This document shows, piece by piece, positions 26,100 through 37,700 of a stretch of DNA of 64,000 nt (position 1 is its first letter; every line of letters starts with the position of its first letter). The DNA lies in assembly GCA_043228905.1 (NCBI GenBank), contig JBHGNT010000015.1, positions 12,586,001 through 12,650,000 on the forward strand, read 5' to 3'. A model generated the notes under the pieces. The model had not been told where the DNA came from and searched no databases. It saw only the letters and a program-made list of their open reading frames with translations. Position numbers and translations under genes: made by a program. This DNA comes from Azolla caroliniana (Eukaryota; Plantae; Polypodiophyta).

Positions 26100-28677
26100 T
26101 CCCTCTCTCTCTCTCTCTCTCGCGTGCGCGCATGCGCGCGCGCGTCTGTGTCGATGGACTGGTCACTGTCTGTGTCGAGAGTCCTATTACCTAAGTCCAA
26201 GTCGTCTGTTTGTGTTGAGCAATGAGATTCGAGAGACTAAAGTCTTATTACCTAATTAGTAATACCTAAGTCATCACTTTGGAGTCTGTGTGTACACAGT
26301 TCACTCAGCACTGTAGACAATAGACTCATGACTTGTGACCACTGACTACTAGTTAGAACTTAAACTCTTGACTAATTAGAAGTTAGAACATAGACTTTAG
26401 TAATAAACTGTAGTTACTAGTAATTACTAATTAAATCACTTAAACGGCTTAGCCGGCTCAAGCCGGTTTGGCGAGGCTCAAGCAAAGCCGAGCCGAGCTC
26501 AAACCGTTAAGGCAGGCTCAAGCCTAAACCGAGCCAAGCCGAGTCGCTAAGCTGCTAGGCCATTTTCAAGCCGGCTAAGCCAAACGGTTTAGGCTTGAGC
26601 CGAGCCGTTGCCGATCCCTATAAAGCACCCTTCTCCTACTTCATACAAGTTGGTTGTGACTCCTTGTAATGCTACATTTTGTATCTCATATTCTCCTTGT
26701 GAATATACACCTTCTTCTTGCGTACTTCATTTTCCTTTCTATCTAATCTATCTATCTTGTGTTTTCTCTTCTCTCATCTCTTCCTCTCACACATACACAT
26801 AGCACACATCTCTTCCGTTGCACAAGAATCATATCTGATTCTTTACATGGTATCAGAGCGGTTTGGTAGCTCGATCTAGCCCATCCGCGTGTGTTGTGTT
26901 CTACGCCGACGTTCAAGGAGAACCGGCTCATCACCATCATAGTGTGACTACATAGATCGTGTTCGAGAGAGAAGGAAAAGAAGAAAGAAAGCCTCATCGA
27001 CAATGAATACTCAAATGGGGAGCACTCTCCCTAGCGAGAAGTCGGCCCAGGCTATTGGAGCTACATCAAAGGAGCATGAGAAAATCGACCCGACCCGAAT
27101 GACGTCGACTACTCAACATGGGAGCAAGAGGCAAGCCGAATGATGTATTGCTTGGCGATGTCTGTTCACGACCACATGCTCAGCTACATTCGAGAAGTCG
27201 AGACGCCAAAGGAAGCGTGGGAGAATTTATGAAATATTTTCTCCGCCAACACAACCACGAGAAAGCTTGAACTCCACCAAGAGTTGAACAACATCCAACA
27301 AAGGGATATGTCAATCACAAGCTACACCTTAAAGATCAAGGAGCTTTATGATGCACTCGGCTCGATAAGCGTCAACGTGGAGTATGATGAAATGGTGCAA
27401 ATATGCCTCGGCAGCCTTGCACCACGGTTCGGCGTGATGAGGACCGTCGTACTAGTATGGGAGAATCCTCCCTCTTTCTTCGATCTTCAATCCATGTTGG
27501 TCGAAGAAAACCATGTTCGAACAAGGAACAATGCCACAGAAGGGCACATTCTTTATGACACTCGGATGGAGGAAGAGGACGCGACCATGCAAGAAGAGGC
27601 CGATTTGGCCAAGGACAAGGCGGATGAGGTTCAACTCACAAAAACAATGTTAGGAATGGACCAGCCACGACTGGTTACATGTTCGTATTCATGTGCAGAA
27701 ATCAAGAACTAGTACACAGACAGTAAAAGATGAAGACAAAGAGACAACGATATTTTATGTTGAAAAACCGAAATGGGAAAAAACCATGGGGGTCCACAAA
27801 CCCTGAGAAAACAGATCACTATAGTAGAGAGGAAGTACAAATACGGAACTCGGAGGCAACGACCTCGAGTTGTCCTTCTTTTGATAGACGGCTACAGACT
27901 TACACTCTCACTCTCTCATTCATGGTTACAAAGGCAACTACCTCGTTCTAACTTTGCAATAATGATCATGCACACCTATAAAGTTTGCCCTAGTTGCTAA
28001 TAAACAAAAGCAACTTTTTGGCTATTTACAAGTATAGCCCCCCAAGAGGCATTTTAGACTATTTAAAATTATAGTCTTCCGAAACGATTTCAGTTTTCGA
28101 TATCGATATCGATTTCAATTTCAATTTTTGTTTCGGTTTCGGCCTCGGCCTAATTACCCTTGTGTCCTCGATGTCGGTTTAGGCCTCGACCGAGTTACTC
28201 ACCAAATTGGTTCTTCTCTTCCCATCTGGAGGAACCTCTTTCCCAACAAACTCCCCCTTCACTCCGAGATGGGGTACTTCACCAAACCGGCTCTTTGTTG
28301 GCACGCGTTTAGCTTTTCGGTTGACAACACCTTCGTCAGCATATCTGATCCATTTTCGAGCGTGTGAATCTTCACTAGAGAAAACTCCTTTTCTTCTACT
28401 CGCTCTCAGAGCCAATGATATCTTCTCTAGATGTGTTTGGTCCTCGAGTGGTAGGCGGCATTTTTCGCAAGGTGGATGGCACTCTGGTTAGCACAATGGA
28501 GTTGGAATTCTTCTTGCCGAATTCCCAACTAACCGATAAACTCCTTCATCCATATGATTTCCTTGCCGGCTTCCGCTACGGCCATATATTCGGCTTCCGT
28601 GGTCGACAACATCACAGCCTTCTGCAGCCTCGATTGCCACGAAACAACTCCCCCTGTATAAGTGATTACGTGCCTGG

Positions 28678-28996
28678 TGTAGATGGGTGGGGGGTGGAGC
28701 CAAGATCGGCTCCATCCCCCTCCCAAGGGGGTTCGAATGTGAGAGGAGAGAGGGAGAGATGCACAGAGAGAGAGAGTGAGAGAGAGGGAATCGAGACTGA
28801 TACACAAGTTGAGGGTAACTTCAATATATTTCTCTCTTTTCATGCCCCACAGGTGGGGTTTAAATAGTACAAGATCTCACCATTACAAAAAGCCGAGTGG
28901 GGGTAGTTACACCTACTTACCCCACCTAACACTCACACATTCACATTTCACCTTCCACATTATACCTAACCCTCCCATACACCTATACGGGTAACA
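28678..28996. mobile_element. Solo LTR in B RNase H
   Basis: TGTAGA...GTAACA insertion splitting the 'TSGYVITY' coding region. Flanks are only an imperfect TSD (CCTGG/CCCTG). Confidence 0.65.
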
Positions 28997-29265
28997 CCCT
29001 GATGTTGATCAGCTTGTATCCATATCAGCCGACATGTCCGAGTTAGTATAACCTTCCAGTGTGGGGTTACTCGAACCGAAACGAAGACACACGTTCGAGG
29101 TGCCTTTTAGGTACCGAAGTATCCACTTCACGGCAGCCCAATGCTCTCTTCCGGGGTTGCTCATATATCAGCTAACCATGTTGTAAAAAAAGAATAGCGT
29201 GCAGAAGCAATAGAAAACCGAACACAGAAACGCAGGTTTAATGGAGAGCTTGAATATACGCGCAG

Positions 29266-29296
<31 letters not shown>

Positions 29297-30911
29297 TGCA
29301 TACAAAAGTCAATTAAAAAATAATACACACAGTCTGTACATAGGATGTGCTTAGTGAGCACCTTTATACAAGTCCATATGGATTGACAGAAGTACTGACA
29401 CATACTTCAATGCTCATAAGTGAGCTCTACACTAACTCCGAAAATATATTCCTACGCGGAATATCTTTCCAACGGCCTCGCGGTTTATGCACCGCAACGG
29501 TTTATGCACCGGTCCGGCCTAACTGATCGATCCCAACCGATCCGGTTCTTGGCTTGCAGAGTCGATCAGGCCAATGTTGAGCTTGTATCTCAACACTCCC
29601 CCTCAAGCTCAACTTGAGGTTCCATCCGCTCTTCCAAATCTACGCTCTGGTTGCTTCTGGCTTCACGCCTTGCTCGCACTCCTTGACCTGTTCGATTCCG
29701 CGCACCTCGACCCTTCCGATCGGCTTGCGTGCTCATACGGCCCTTCTTAACTCCGTTGATGTTGCGGTGTTGGCGCTTCTTCTGCTGCCTTCTCTTCCGC
29801 TTGGCCATCAGTTGATTCGGCGTATCCGAATCAAACATCTGAACCGACTCGACTTCCTCCGATCGGTTTTCACTTTCGTCCGAGTTGGCTGTCTCCAACT
29901 CGTCTTCGGTCTTCTCGCCCTTGATGGCTTCATCTCCCCCACGCTTGGTTGGCTTCGGCTCTTCCTTTTGACTACTCCCCTTATGTCCGCTTTCAGAATT
30001 TTTTGCGGATTTGCCCTTGGCTTCTTTAGTCGATCTGAAATCAAATTCGTCATCCAACTCGGCGTCGCAGTCTTCCGGATCTTCCCTCCACCTTCCATGG
30101 TCATTCGGGACATCTCTCCCCCTCAAGTTTGGCACATCGAGGTGACGAAACCCAAGCGCACCCGAGAATTGCCGCAACTTGTCTAGACCAAGAGGCTTGG
30201 TGAAGATGTCGGCAGTCTGCCGATCCGTCGAAACATACTAAAGTTCGACTTCACCGGAGAGGACACGCTCACGGACGAAATGGTAGTGTACCTCAATGTG
30301 CTTAGTCTCGGCGTGGAAGATGGGGTTCTTTGCTAGCTGGATGTTGCTGAGGTTGTCGCAGTAGATTGTCGTTGGATCGGATACCTCCACCTGCAGATCC
30401 TTGAGTAGCCGCTTCAACCATATGGCTTCGCATGTCGCGGCAGCCACTCCTCTATACTCAGCTTCGGTGCTCGACAATGCAACTATCGCCTGCTTCTTGC
30501 TACTCCACGTGATCACGGCACTCCCAAGAGAGAACGTGAAACCGAACGTAAACCGGCGATCGGCGACGTTGCCAGCCCAGGCGGCATCGGTGTAGCCGAC
30601 AAATTCCAGGGTTGTACTGGTCCGATATAGTAGCCCCCGGTCCTTAGTGCCTCTTACGTACCGCAGTACACGTTGCGCACATTGAAGATGCTCCTCAGTA
30701 GGTCGCTCCATGAACTGACTAATCACCCCGACCGGGTAGCTGAGATCTGATTGGGTGATGGTCAAGTATATAAGGCTTCCGACTATCTGTCGGAACCTCA
30801 TCGGGCCGCATACCTTTCCGGAATCGGGGCGAAGCTTGACGGTTCTATCCAAAGGAGTCGAGACGGACTTGCAGTCGGCCATCCCGAATTTGAAGAGCAT
30901 ACTCAGCACAT

Positions 30912-31023
30912 TGTCGTGTTACTACGCGCGTGCATGTAGAAGGGGCGGGACCATGGGGGTCTCAGACTAGGGAGAAAGGGATTTCGAGAAAACAGACTCT
31001 GGCACGTCCCAGAGGCAACCGAA

Positions 31024-31068
<45 letters not shown>

Positions 31069-31502
31069 AAGCATGCGCACGACACCGACTCTTATACACA
31101 GGAAACAAGGGGCTATGCTCCTGACACCACCAAATACACCAATATGCACAAACTGATATGAGTATGTACATTACAAGTGAAAAGATACAACCCCGGCTTC
31201 GAGCCGGGCTACGCTCGACAGAAGTTAACCCTAACGGAGCTTTGCCGCCATGGCTGCGGTGCCCACTTCTTAGGAGGAGAAGAAGAAGAAGAAGAAGAAC
31301 AGGAAGTTACTAACCCTGGAAAACAAAACGACCCTCGACAAAATGGTATATACCCTTACGACTCAAAATGAGCAACCCCACAACAAGAGACCCCTCCCTT
31401 CCTTTTATAGCCCAAGGAGGGAGGGACATGTGCACATGTTGCACACCACCAACTTGCCCATTCCACCCTGGTTTCACATTATAGCCGGAAATCTTCACGA
31501 CA
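30912..31502. mobile_element. Solo LTR in C RT
   Basis: TGTCGTG...CACGACA inverted termini. Interrupts 'ISQRHY|VLSMLFKFG'. Confidence 0.75.
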
Positions 31503-31591
31503 GCGTAATGTCGTTGGCTGATTAGTATGCCTTCGGGGGTGCAGATCACTTCGATCCGGAGGAAGTAATGAAGGTCCCCCCAGATCCTTCA

Positions 31592-34500
31592 TGTCAAATT
31601 GACACGAAATATGTGGAATATTACTCGGCCACAACCGAGTCTCAGATTGTGTCGTTTAGAATCGAAACACCGAGAATGGGAATGGAGGGTAAATACACGT
31701 ATATGCACACACACTGTACTATTTCCTTCATCCATAATATTTCCTTCTCCCTAAACCGGTGAGAACCGGAGATGAGTACCCGGCAAGTACTCATATCCCA
31801 TCCGGAGGGACCGAAATCCTAACATGCTCCCCCTTCACTCCGGTATGGGATGCCTCGTCAGTCTGATCCGCTTTCGGCATGCGTCTAGCTTGTCGGGTGT
31901 TAGCACCTTGGTCAGCATATCCGAACTCTCGATCTTCTACTTGCTCCCAGATCTAGTGGTACCTGCATTGGATGTGCTTCGTCCAGGAATGGTAGGTTGC
32001 GTTCTTTGCAAGGTGGATGACACTCTAACTGTCACAGTAGAGCTAGTATTCTTCTTGCTGGATCCCTAGCTCTCCGATGAAGTCCTTCATCCATAATATT
32101 TCCTTGCCGACTTCAACAGCTTCCATGTACTTCGCTTCCATGGTTGACAACGTAATCGTCTTATGCAGCCTCGACTGCCAAAAACGGCCTCGAATGTTGA
32201 CTGGCTGGTATCCACATCAGCCGACATATCTGAATCTGTGAAATTGTCAAGTTGGGGTTTACCGGAGCCGAATCGGAGACACATACTTGAGGTGCCTTTC
32301 AAGTACTAAAGTATCCATTTTACCGCATTCTAGTGCTCCTTGCCGGGATTGCTCATAAACCAACTCACCACTCCGACTGCGTATCCGATATCCGGTCGAG
32401 TACACACCATTGCGTACATTAAGCTCTCGGCTGCAGAGGCATATGGTATCTTCATCATATCTGCCTTCTTTGCCTTCATCTTCGGGCTTTGCTTACCGGA
32501 TAACCTATAGTTTTCCAGGAGTGTCGATCCGACCAGTTTCGCATCTAACATGTTGAACCGCTGAAGCACCTTTGTCACGTACTTCTCCTGTGATAGCCAC
32601 AATTGCTTCTTTGACTGGTCCCGGATGATATGCATCCCCAATATTTGTCTTGCCAAATCCAAGTCTTTCATTGAGAAGGTCCAGTTAAGGCCCTTCTTCA
32701 GCATCCGAATCTTCGCTTGGTCCTGTCCAACAATCAACATGTCGTCCACATATAGGAGCAATATCAGGAAGTCTCCTCCGTCGAATTTCTTCACAAATAC
32801 GCAGTGATCGGCCTACGTCTTGTGGTACCCTTGATCGTTCATGAAGGAGTTGAACTTACGGTACCATTGCCGGGGAGCTTGCTTTAGTCCGTATAATCTC
32901 TTCTTCGGTCGGCACACCAGGTGATCCTTCCCTTTCTTCACAAATCCTTCCGATTTCTGCATATAGATCTCTTCTTCGAGGTCGCCGTGAAGGAACATCG
33001 TCTTCACGTCTAGTTGCTCTACCTCGAGGTCCATGCTTGCCGCTATACTCAACACCATCCGGATGGAAGTCATCTTCACTACCGGGGCAAATATCTCGTC
33101 CAAGTCCACTCCCTTCTTCTGTTGGAACCCCTTCACCACATTCCTGGGTTTGTACCTTGGGGGGTTTCCGGCATCTCCCGGTTTCAACTTGTACACCCAC
33201 TTATTCCGGAGTGCCCGCTTTCCTTTTGGCAACTCGACCAATTCATACGTGTTGTTCTCATGTAGGGAATCCATCTCGTCCTGCATGGCACTTAACCACT
33301 TGCGGCTATGGGTGTCCTCCCTTGCTTCTTCGAAGCTTTCCGGCTCCCCCTCATCAGTTAGCAACATGCGCTCTACATTCGGAAATCTCCGGTAGACCCT
33401 TTCTCTCTGAGAGGATATCTCTGACTTCAGTTTTCGGTAACCGGCTCCTACGTTTGTTCTTCATCTGAATCCGATTTGGGATCTTGGCCGGTTCTGGTTC
33501 CAACTTCCTCTTCTTCTTCTGCCGGTTCGGTATCCTCACCGTAGCCGACCGGTTCTTCGAGTGTCAACCAGCTCTTGTTCGGGTAGGTCCGAATCTCATT
33601 AAACCGATCCTTACTGGTCAACTCAGAGTTCGTTATCTTCTTCTCCGACTCCCAGTCGGCAAGGGTCTTGTCCTCCATGAAGATAATATCTCGACTCCGG
33701 AACACCTTCTTGTCGACGGGGGTCCCACACTCAGTAACCGAACTCATCATCGCCGTATCCAAGGAATATGCAAGGTTGGGACTTTGGATCCAACTTTGCT
33801 CTCCGGTCCTTTGAAACATGCACGTAAGCGAGACACCCGAACACCTTCAGATGCGGATAAGACACTTCCTTACCGGTCCACACTCTTTGCGGCGTGTCTC
33901 CGTCCAAGGGTACTGAGGGTGATCTATTTATCACGTATGTCGTTGTCATCAGTGCCTTAGCCCAAAATGTCTTGGGTAACTTGGCATGTGCTAGCATACT
34001 CCGGACCCTCTCCATTATGGTCTGGTTCATCCTCTTGGCCAGCCCATTGAGTTCCGGCGTCTTCGGCACGGTAAATTCGAGTTGGATTCCCTTCGAGCGA
34101 CAATACTCCTCGAACTGCCCCCGGTATTCTCCTCTGTTATCTGCTCAAACCACCTTCAGCTTCCGGTCGGTTTCTCTTTCCACTCTTGCGTGGAGCTCCT
34201 TGAAGACGGATAACACCTGATCCTTCGTCTTCAACAGTGTGGCCCACAGCTTCCGGCTGTGGTCGTCTATGAATGTCACGAAGTACTGCGATCCGGCATG
34301 TGACTTCGTGTCCACTTGACACACGTCAGTATGCACCAGCTCTAGTGGTGCATTACGTCTCATCGATGGCCTTGAACGGAAGGAGGTCCGGTTTTGCTTA
34401 CTGGCCAGGCAGTCGGTGCAACTCTCAAGAAGATGCACATCCTTCACTGGAATGAGGTTGTCATCGGCAAGCCTCCTCATCCCCTTCTCGCTCATGTGAC

Positions 34501-34781
34501 ACAGTCTCTTGTGCCACAGCTCACCAGCAGTGTCGGATGCCACGTTCACTTCTTCCCGGCATATACGGGCATTCATCAAGTACAGTGTGTTGACCTTCCG
34601 GGCTCGAGCAACTATTAAGCTCCCTTTGCAGAACTTCATGACACCGTTCCAGATGCTACCTATGTAGCCTTCATGATCTAGCCGACCGGCTGATATCAGG
34701 TTTAGTCGAACCTCCGGAACGTGTCGGACATCCTTCAACAGCAACTTGCATCCGGTTGATGTCGTCAACAACACATCTCCT
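31592..34781 (-). mobile_element. Tnt1-like Copia element E nested in C (3' part only)
   Basis: Short 3' LTR 31592-31824 plus PPT. RT 'LLYVDDML' and 'QLDVKTMFLHGDL', IN 'TFIDDHSRK', GAG-pre-IN 'LWHKRLCHMSEKG'. Confidence 0.85.
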
Positions 34782-37700
34782 TAGTGATGCGCCATGTACT
34801 CGTTGTATCCAAACCGCACAACAGGGTTCTTCTGGCGGGTAGATCGGCGTAATTGCTCATTAGCCGATGTTGAGGCTTTCTTGGCGGATGCGGACTTCGC
34901 TCTCGAAGACCTGTCATCACTTCCCTCAGAGTCGAACTCACGTCGATCTGACTCGTTCCTATCCATGCCGTAATCCGACACCTTCTTCTTCCCTTTTTCT
35001 TTGCGCGTAAGCCGTCTCCTCGGCTTCCTGCGCGGGGAATGCACGACCGAGTCTCCACTACTTGCCGGCTCTTCTTCAGACTGGTCAAACCGACCCAGTC
35101 GCCCATTCGGTCCACTTAGCCGAAGCGAGATCGGACTCTCTTTGAGGGTCCTGATTTCACCCTCATCCGGAGGCACTTCAGCCTTGTTGACCTCATCATT
35201 AGAACTCGGATCCGGAGATCCAGAGTTGGAGTTGAGGTCCGGAGTCGGAGGCAAGTACTAGGACACGGACTCGTCAAACACAATATCACGGCTCACGCGA
35301 GCTATTTGGTTCGGGGGTTATAACACTTATAACCCTTCTGTTCATCTGAATAGCTAACTAAGATACACTTCTCAGCTTTTGCATCCAACTTCCTCCGTTT
35401 CTCCTTCGGCACATGATCTTTCTTCCTGTTTCCCTTTCGACGAACCTCTTGAGGTCCCGAAAACAGTCGAAGACATCACTCTTCTTCTCAATGAGGTAGA
35501 TCCACATGTGTCGCGTATAGTCATCGATGAAGGAGACGAAATATCGACTCCCGCCAAGACTAACGTTCTGTGATGGCCCCCATACATCGGAATGTATCAA
35601 GTCGAGCTTGGTTTGGCTCCGGTTAGGCTCGTTAGGGAAAGGAAGTCGGTGTTGCTTCCCTAGCTGGCAGGCTTCACAAATTGTGCCTTCCGGCCACAAA
35701 ATTTGGGCAATCCGAACACCACCTGAAGTCGTTGATAGTTGACGTGGCCTATCTGCTTATACCATAAGTTAATATCTGACTCGACTTTTTGTCCTTTCGC
35801 GAACATTGCGGTGCCACCGTCATTAGAGTCGAGGATAAACATCCTCCCGTCTCTGCGCCCTTGCGCAATAACTCGGCCTTCTTCCTCAATGAAGCACCCG
35901 AGATGCGTAAACCAAACCTACATCCCTTGGTTGACGATCTGTCCGACCGACACCAGGTTCTTCGTGATTGTTGGAACGTGTAACACGTTCATGACTTTCC
36001 CTTTCTGCCCGACATGGCTTAGCGGAACTTCACCGACATTTGCGATCGGATACGGAGTGTCGTCTCCGGTTGCGACTACTCCTGGTTGCATCGGTTTCCC
36101 CTCATTCTTCAGTCAGTTCTCGATTTTGCCAAGTATTAAATTGGCCGTCTGGCTCGGATTCGATTTAGATCGATTCGGCCAAGCATCGATTCGGTTCGAT
36201 TCGGTAGTTGGAGCCTTATTCTCAATCTCCCAGTCGACTATTGTCTTTTCCTCCATGAAGACAATGTTGCGGCTCCTAATCACTTTCTTCTTGGCTAAGT
36301 CCCATAGCCGATAGCCAAATTCATCATTGTTGTAGCCGAGAAATATGCGTGGCCGAGATTTCGGATCCAACTTCCCCCTCTGGTCCTTTGCCACATGCAC
36401 ATAAGCAAAACAAACGAACACACTCAAATGTCGGTACGATACGTCTTTGCCACTCCACACCCTTTTTGGAATATCACCGTCCAAGGGTACTGAGGGTGAT
36501 CAATTTATCACGTACGTTGCCGTAATCAGCGCCTCACCCAGAACTTCTTCGGTAACTTAGCATGTGCAAGCATACTTCGGACCCTTTCCATTACGGTCCG
36601 GTTCATTTTCTCGGCCAACCCATTTAGCTCTGGTGGTTTCGGCACGGTATACTCAAGCCGGATTCCTTGATTTCGGTAGTATTCTTCGAACGGTCCACGA
36701 TACTCTCCACCATTGTCCGTTCGGACTGCCTTCAGTTTTTGGCCGGTTTCCCTCTTGGTCCCTCACTTGGAACTCTTTGAAGACAGATAACACTTGATCC
36801 TTCGTCTTCAGCATGGAAGCCCACAACTTCCAACTACAGTCATCAATGAAGGTCACAAAATAATGTGAACCACCATGCAACTTCGTGTCCACATAGCATA
36901 CGTCTGTGTGCACGAGTTCAAGCGGCATTTTCTTCCTCATCGGGGGCCTTGCTCGGAAGGATGTTCGATTTCGCTTTCCGGCCAAGCAATCTGTGTACTT
37001 CTCAAGTTGCATGTTCTTCACCATAGGAATGAGGTTCAACAAACTTTCGCATCCCCATCTGGCTCATATGGCACAACCTCATGTGCCACAGTTCACCGAT
37101 CGTGTTGGATACCACGTTTGTTTCCCCTCGGCATATTCGAGCATTCATTATGTACAATCAAGCCACAATCAAGCTTGATCAAGCTCGAGCCACAATCAAG
37201 CTTCCTTGGCAAAACTTCATGACACCGTTCCAGATGCTACCTGTGTAGCCTTCATCATCTAGCCGACCAACTGATATTAGGTTCAATCGAACCTCCGAAA
37301 TGTGTCGTACATCTCTCAACACGAGTCTGCACCCGGTTGAGGTTTCCAAACACACATCTCCAATGTCGACGATTCAGCGTGCTCCTTCATTTCCCATCTT
37401 TACAGATTTGAGGTCTCCGGCTCTATAGGATGAGAAGCACTTTTGGTCAGGGGTTAGGTGAAACAACACACCCGAATTGACCACCCATGTCGATTCTTCG
37501 CCTACAAGATTCACTTCGTTTTGCTCACTGATGAGCAACAACTCCTCACTCGCGACAATTGTTGAGGTGTTCGTCCTTCTGGGATTTTCTTCGGCTTTAC
37601 ACCATTAGCTCCCCCTTTCTCCTTTCAAAAGTGTCGGCTATTTTTATGGAAGTGCGCCCGCTTCCCACAATTGAAGCATGTGGGTCTTCCCCGCGACTTC

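Larger units (their letters stand above)
23000..26620 (-). mobile_element. Full-length hAT DNA transposon (hAT-1)
   Basis: TIRs TAGGGATCGGCAAC at both ends (21 bp with 2 mismatches). Perfect 8-bp TSD TAAAGCAC at 22992-22999 and 26621-26628. Subterminal AAACCG/GAGCCG motifs. Confidence 0.96.
12036..26847 (+). mobile_element. Ty1/Copia element A1 (degenerate; hosts element D and hAT-1)
   Basis: 5' LTR 12036-12462 (TG..CA), PBS TGGTATCAGAGC (tRNA-iMet) at 12463-12474. Then gag, zinc knuckle, protease 'WFVDSSASNHM', integrase, RT ('[10 protein letters not shown]') and RNase H (21999-22560). PPT at 22741-22755. Second LTR 22756-26847 is split by hAT-1. Confidence 0.92.
29179..36085 (-). mobile_element. 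Copia element C (A/D family) nested in B, 5' end deleted
   Basis: 3' LTR 29179-29595 followed by PPT. RT/RNase H 30238-30909 and 31503-31590. IN, GAG-pre-IN and protease 34782-36085. Confidence 0.8.
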
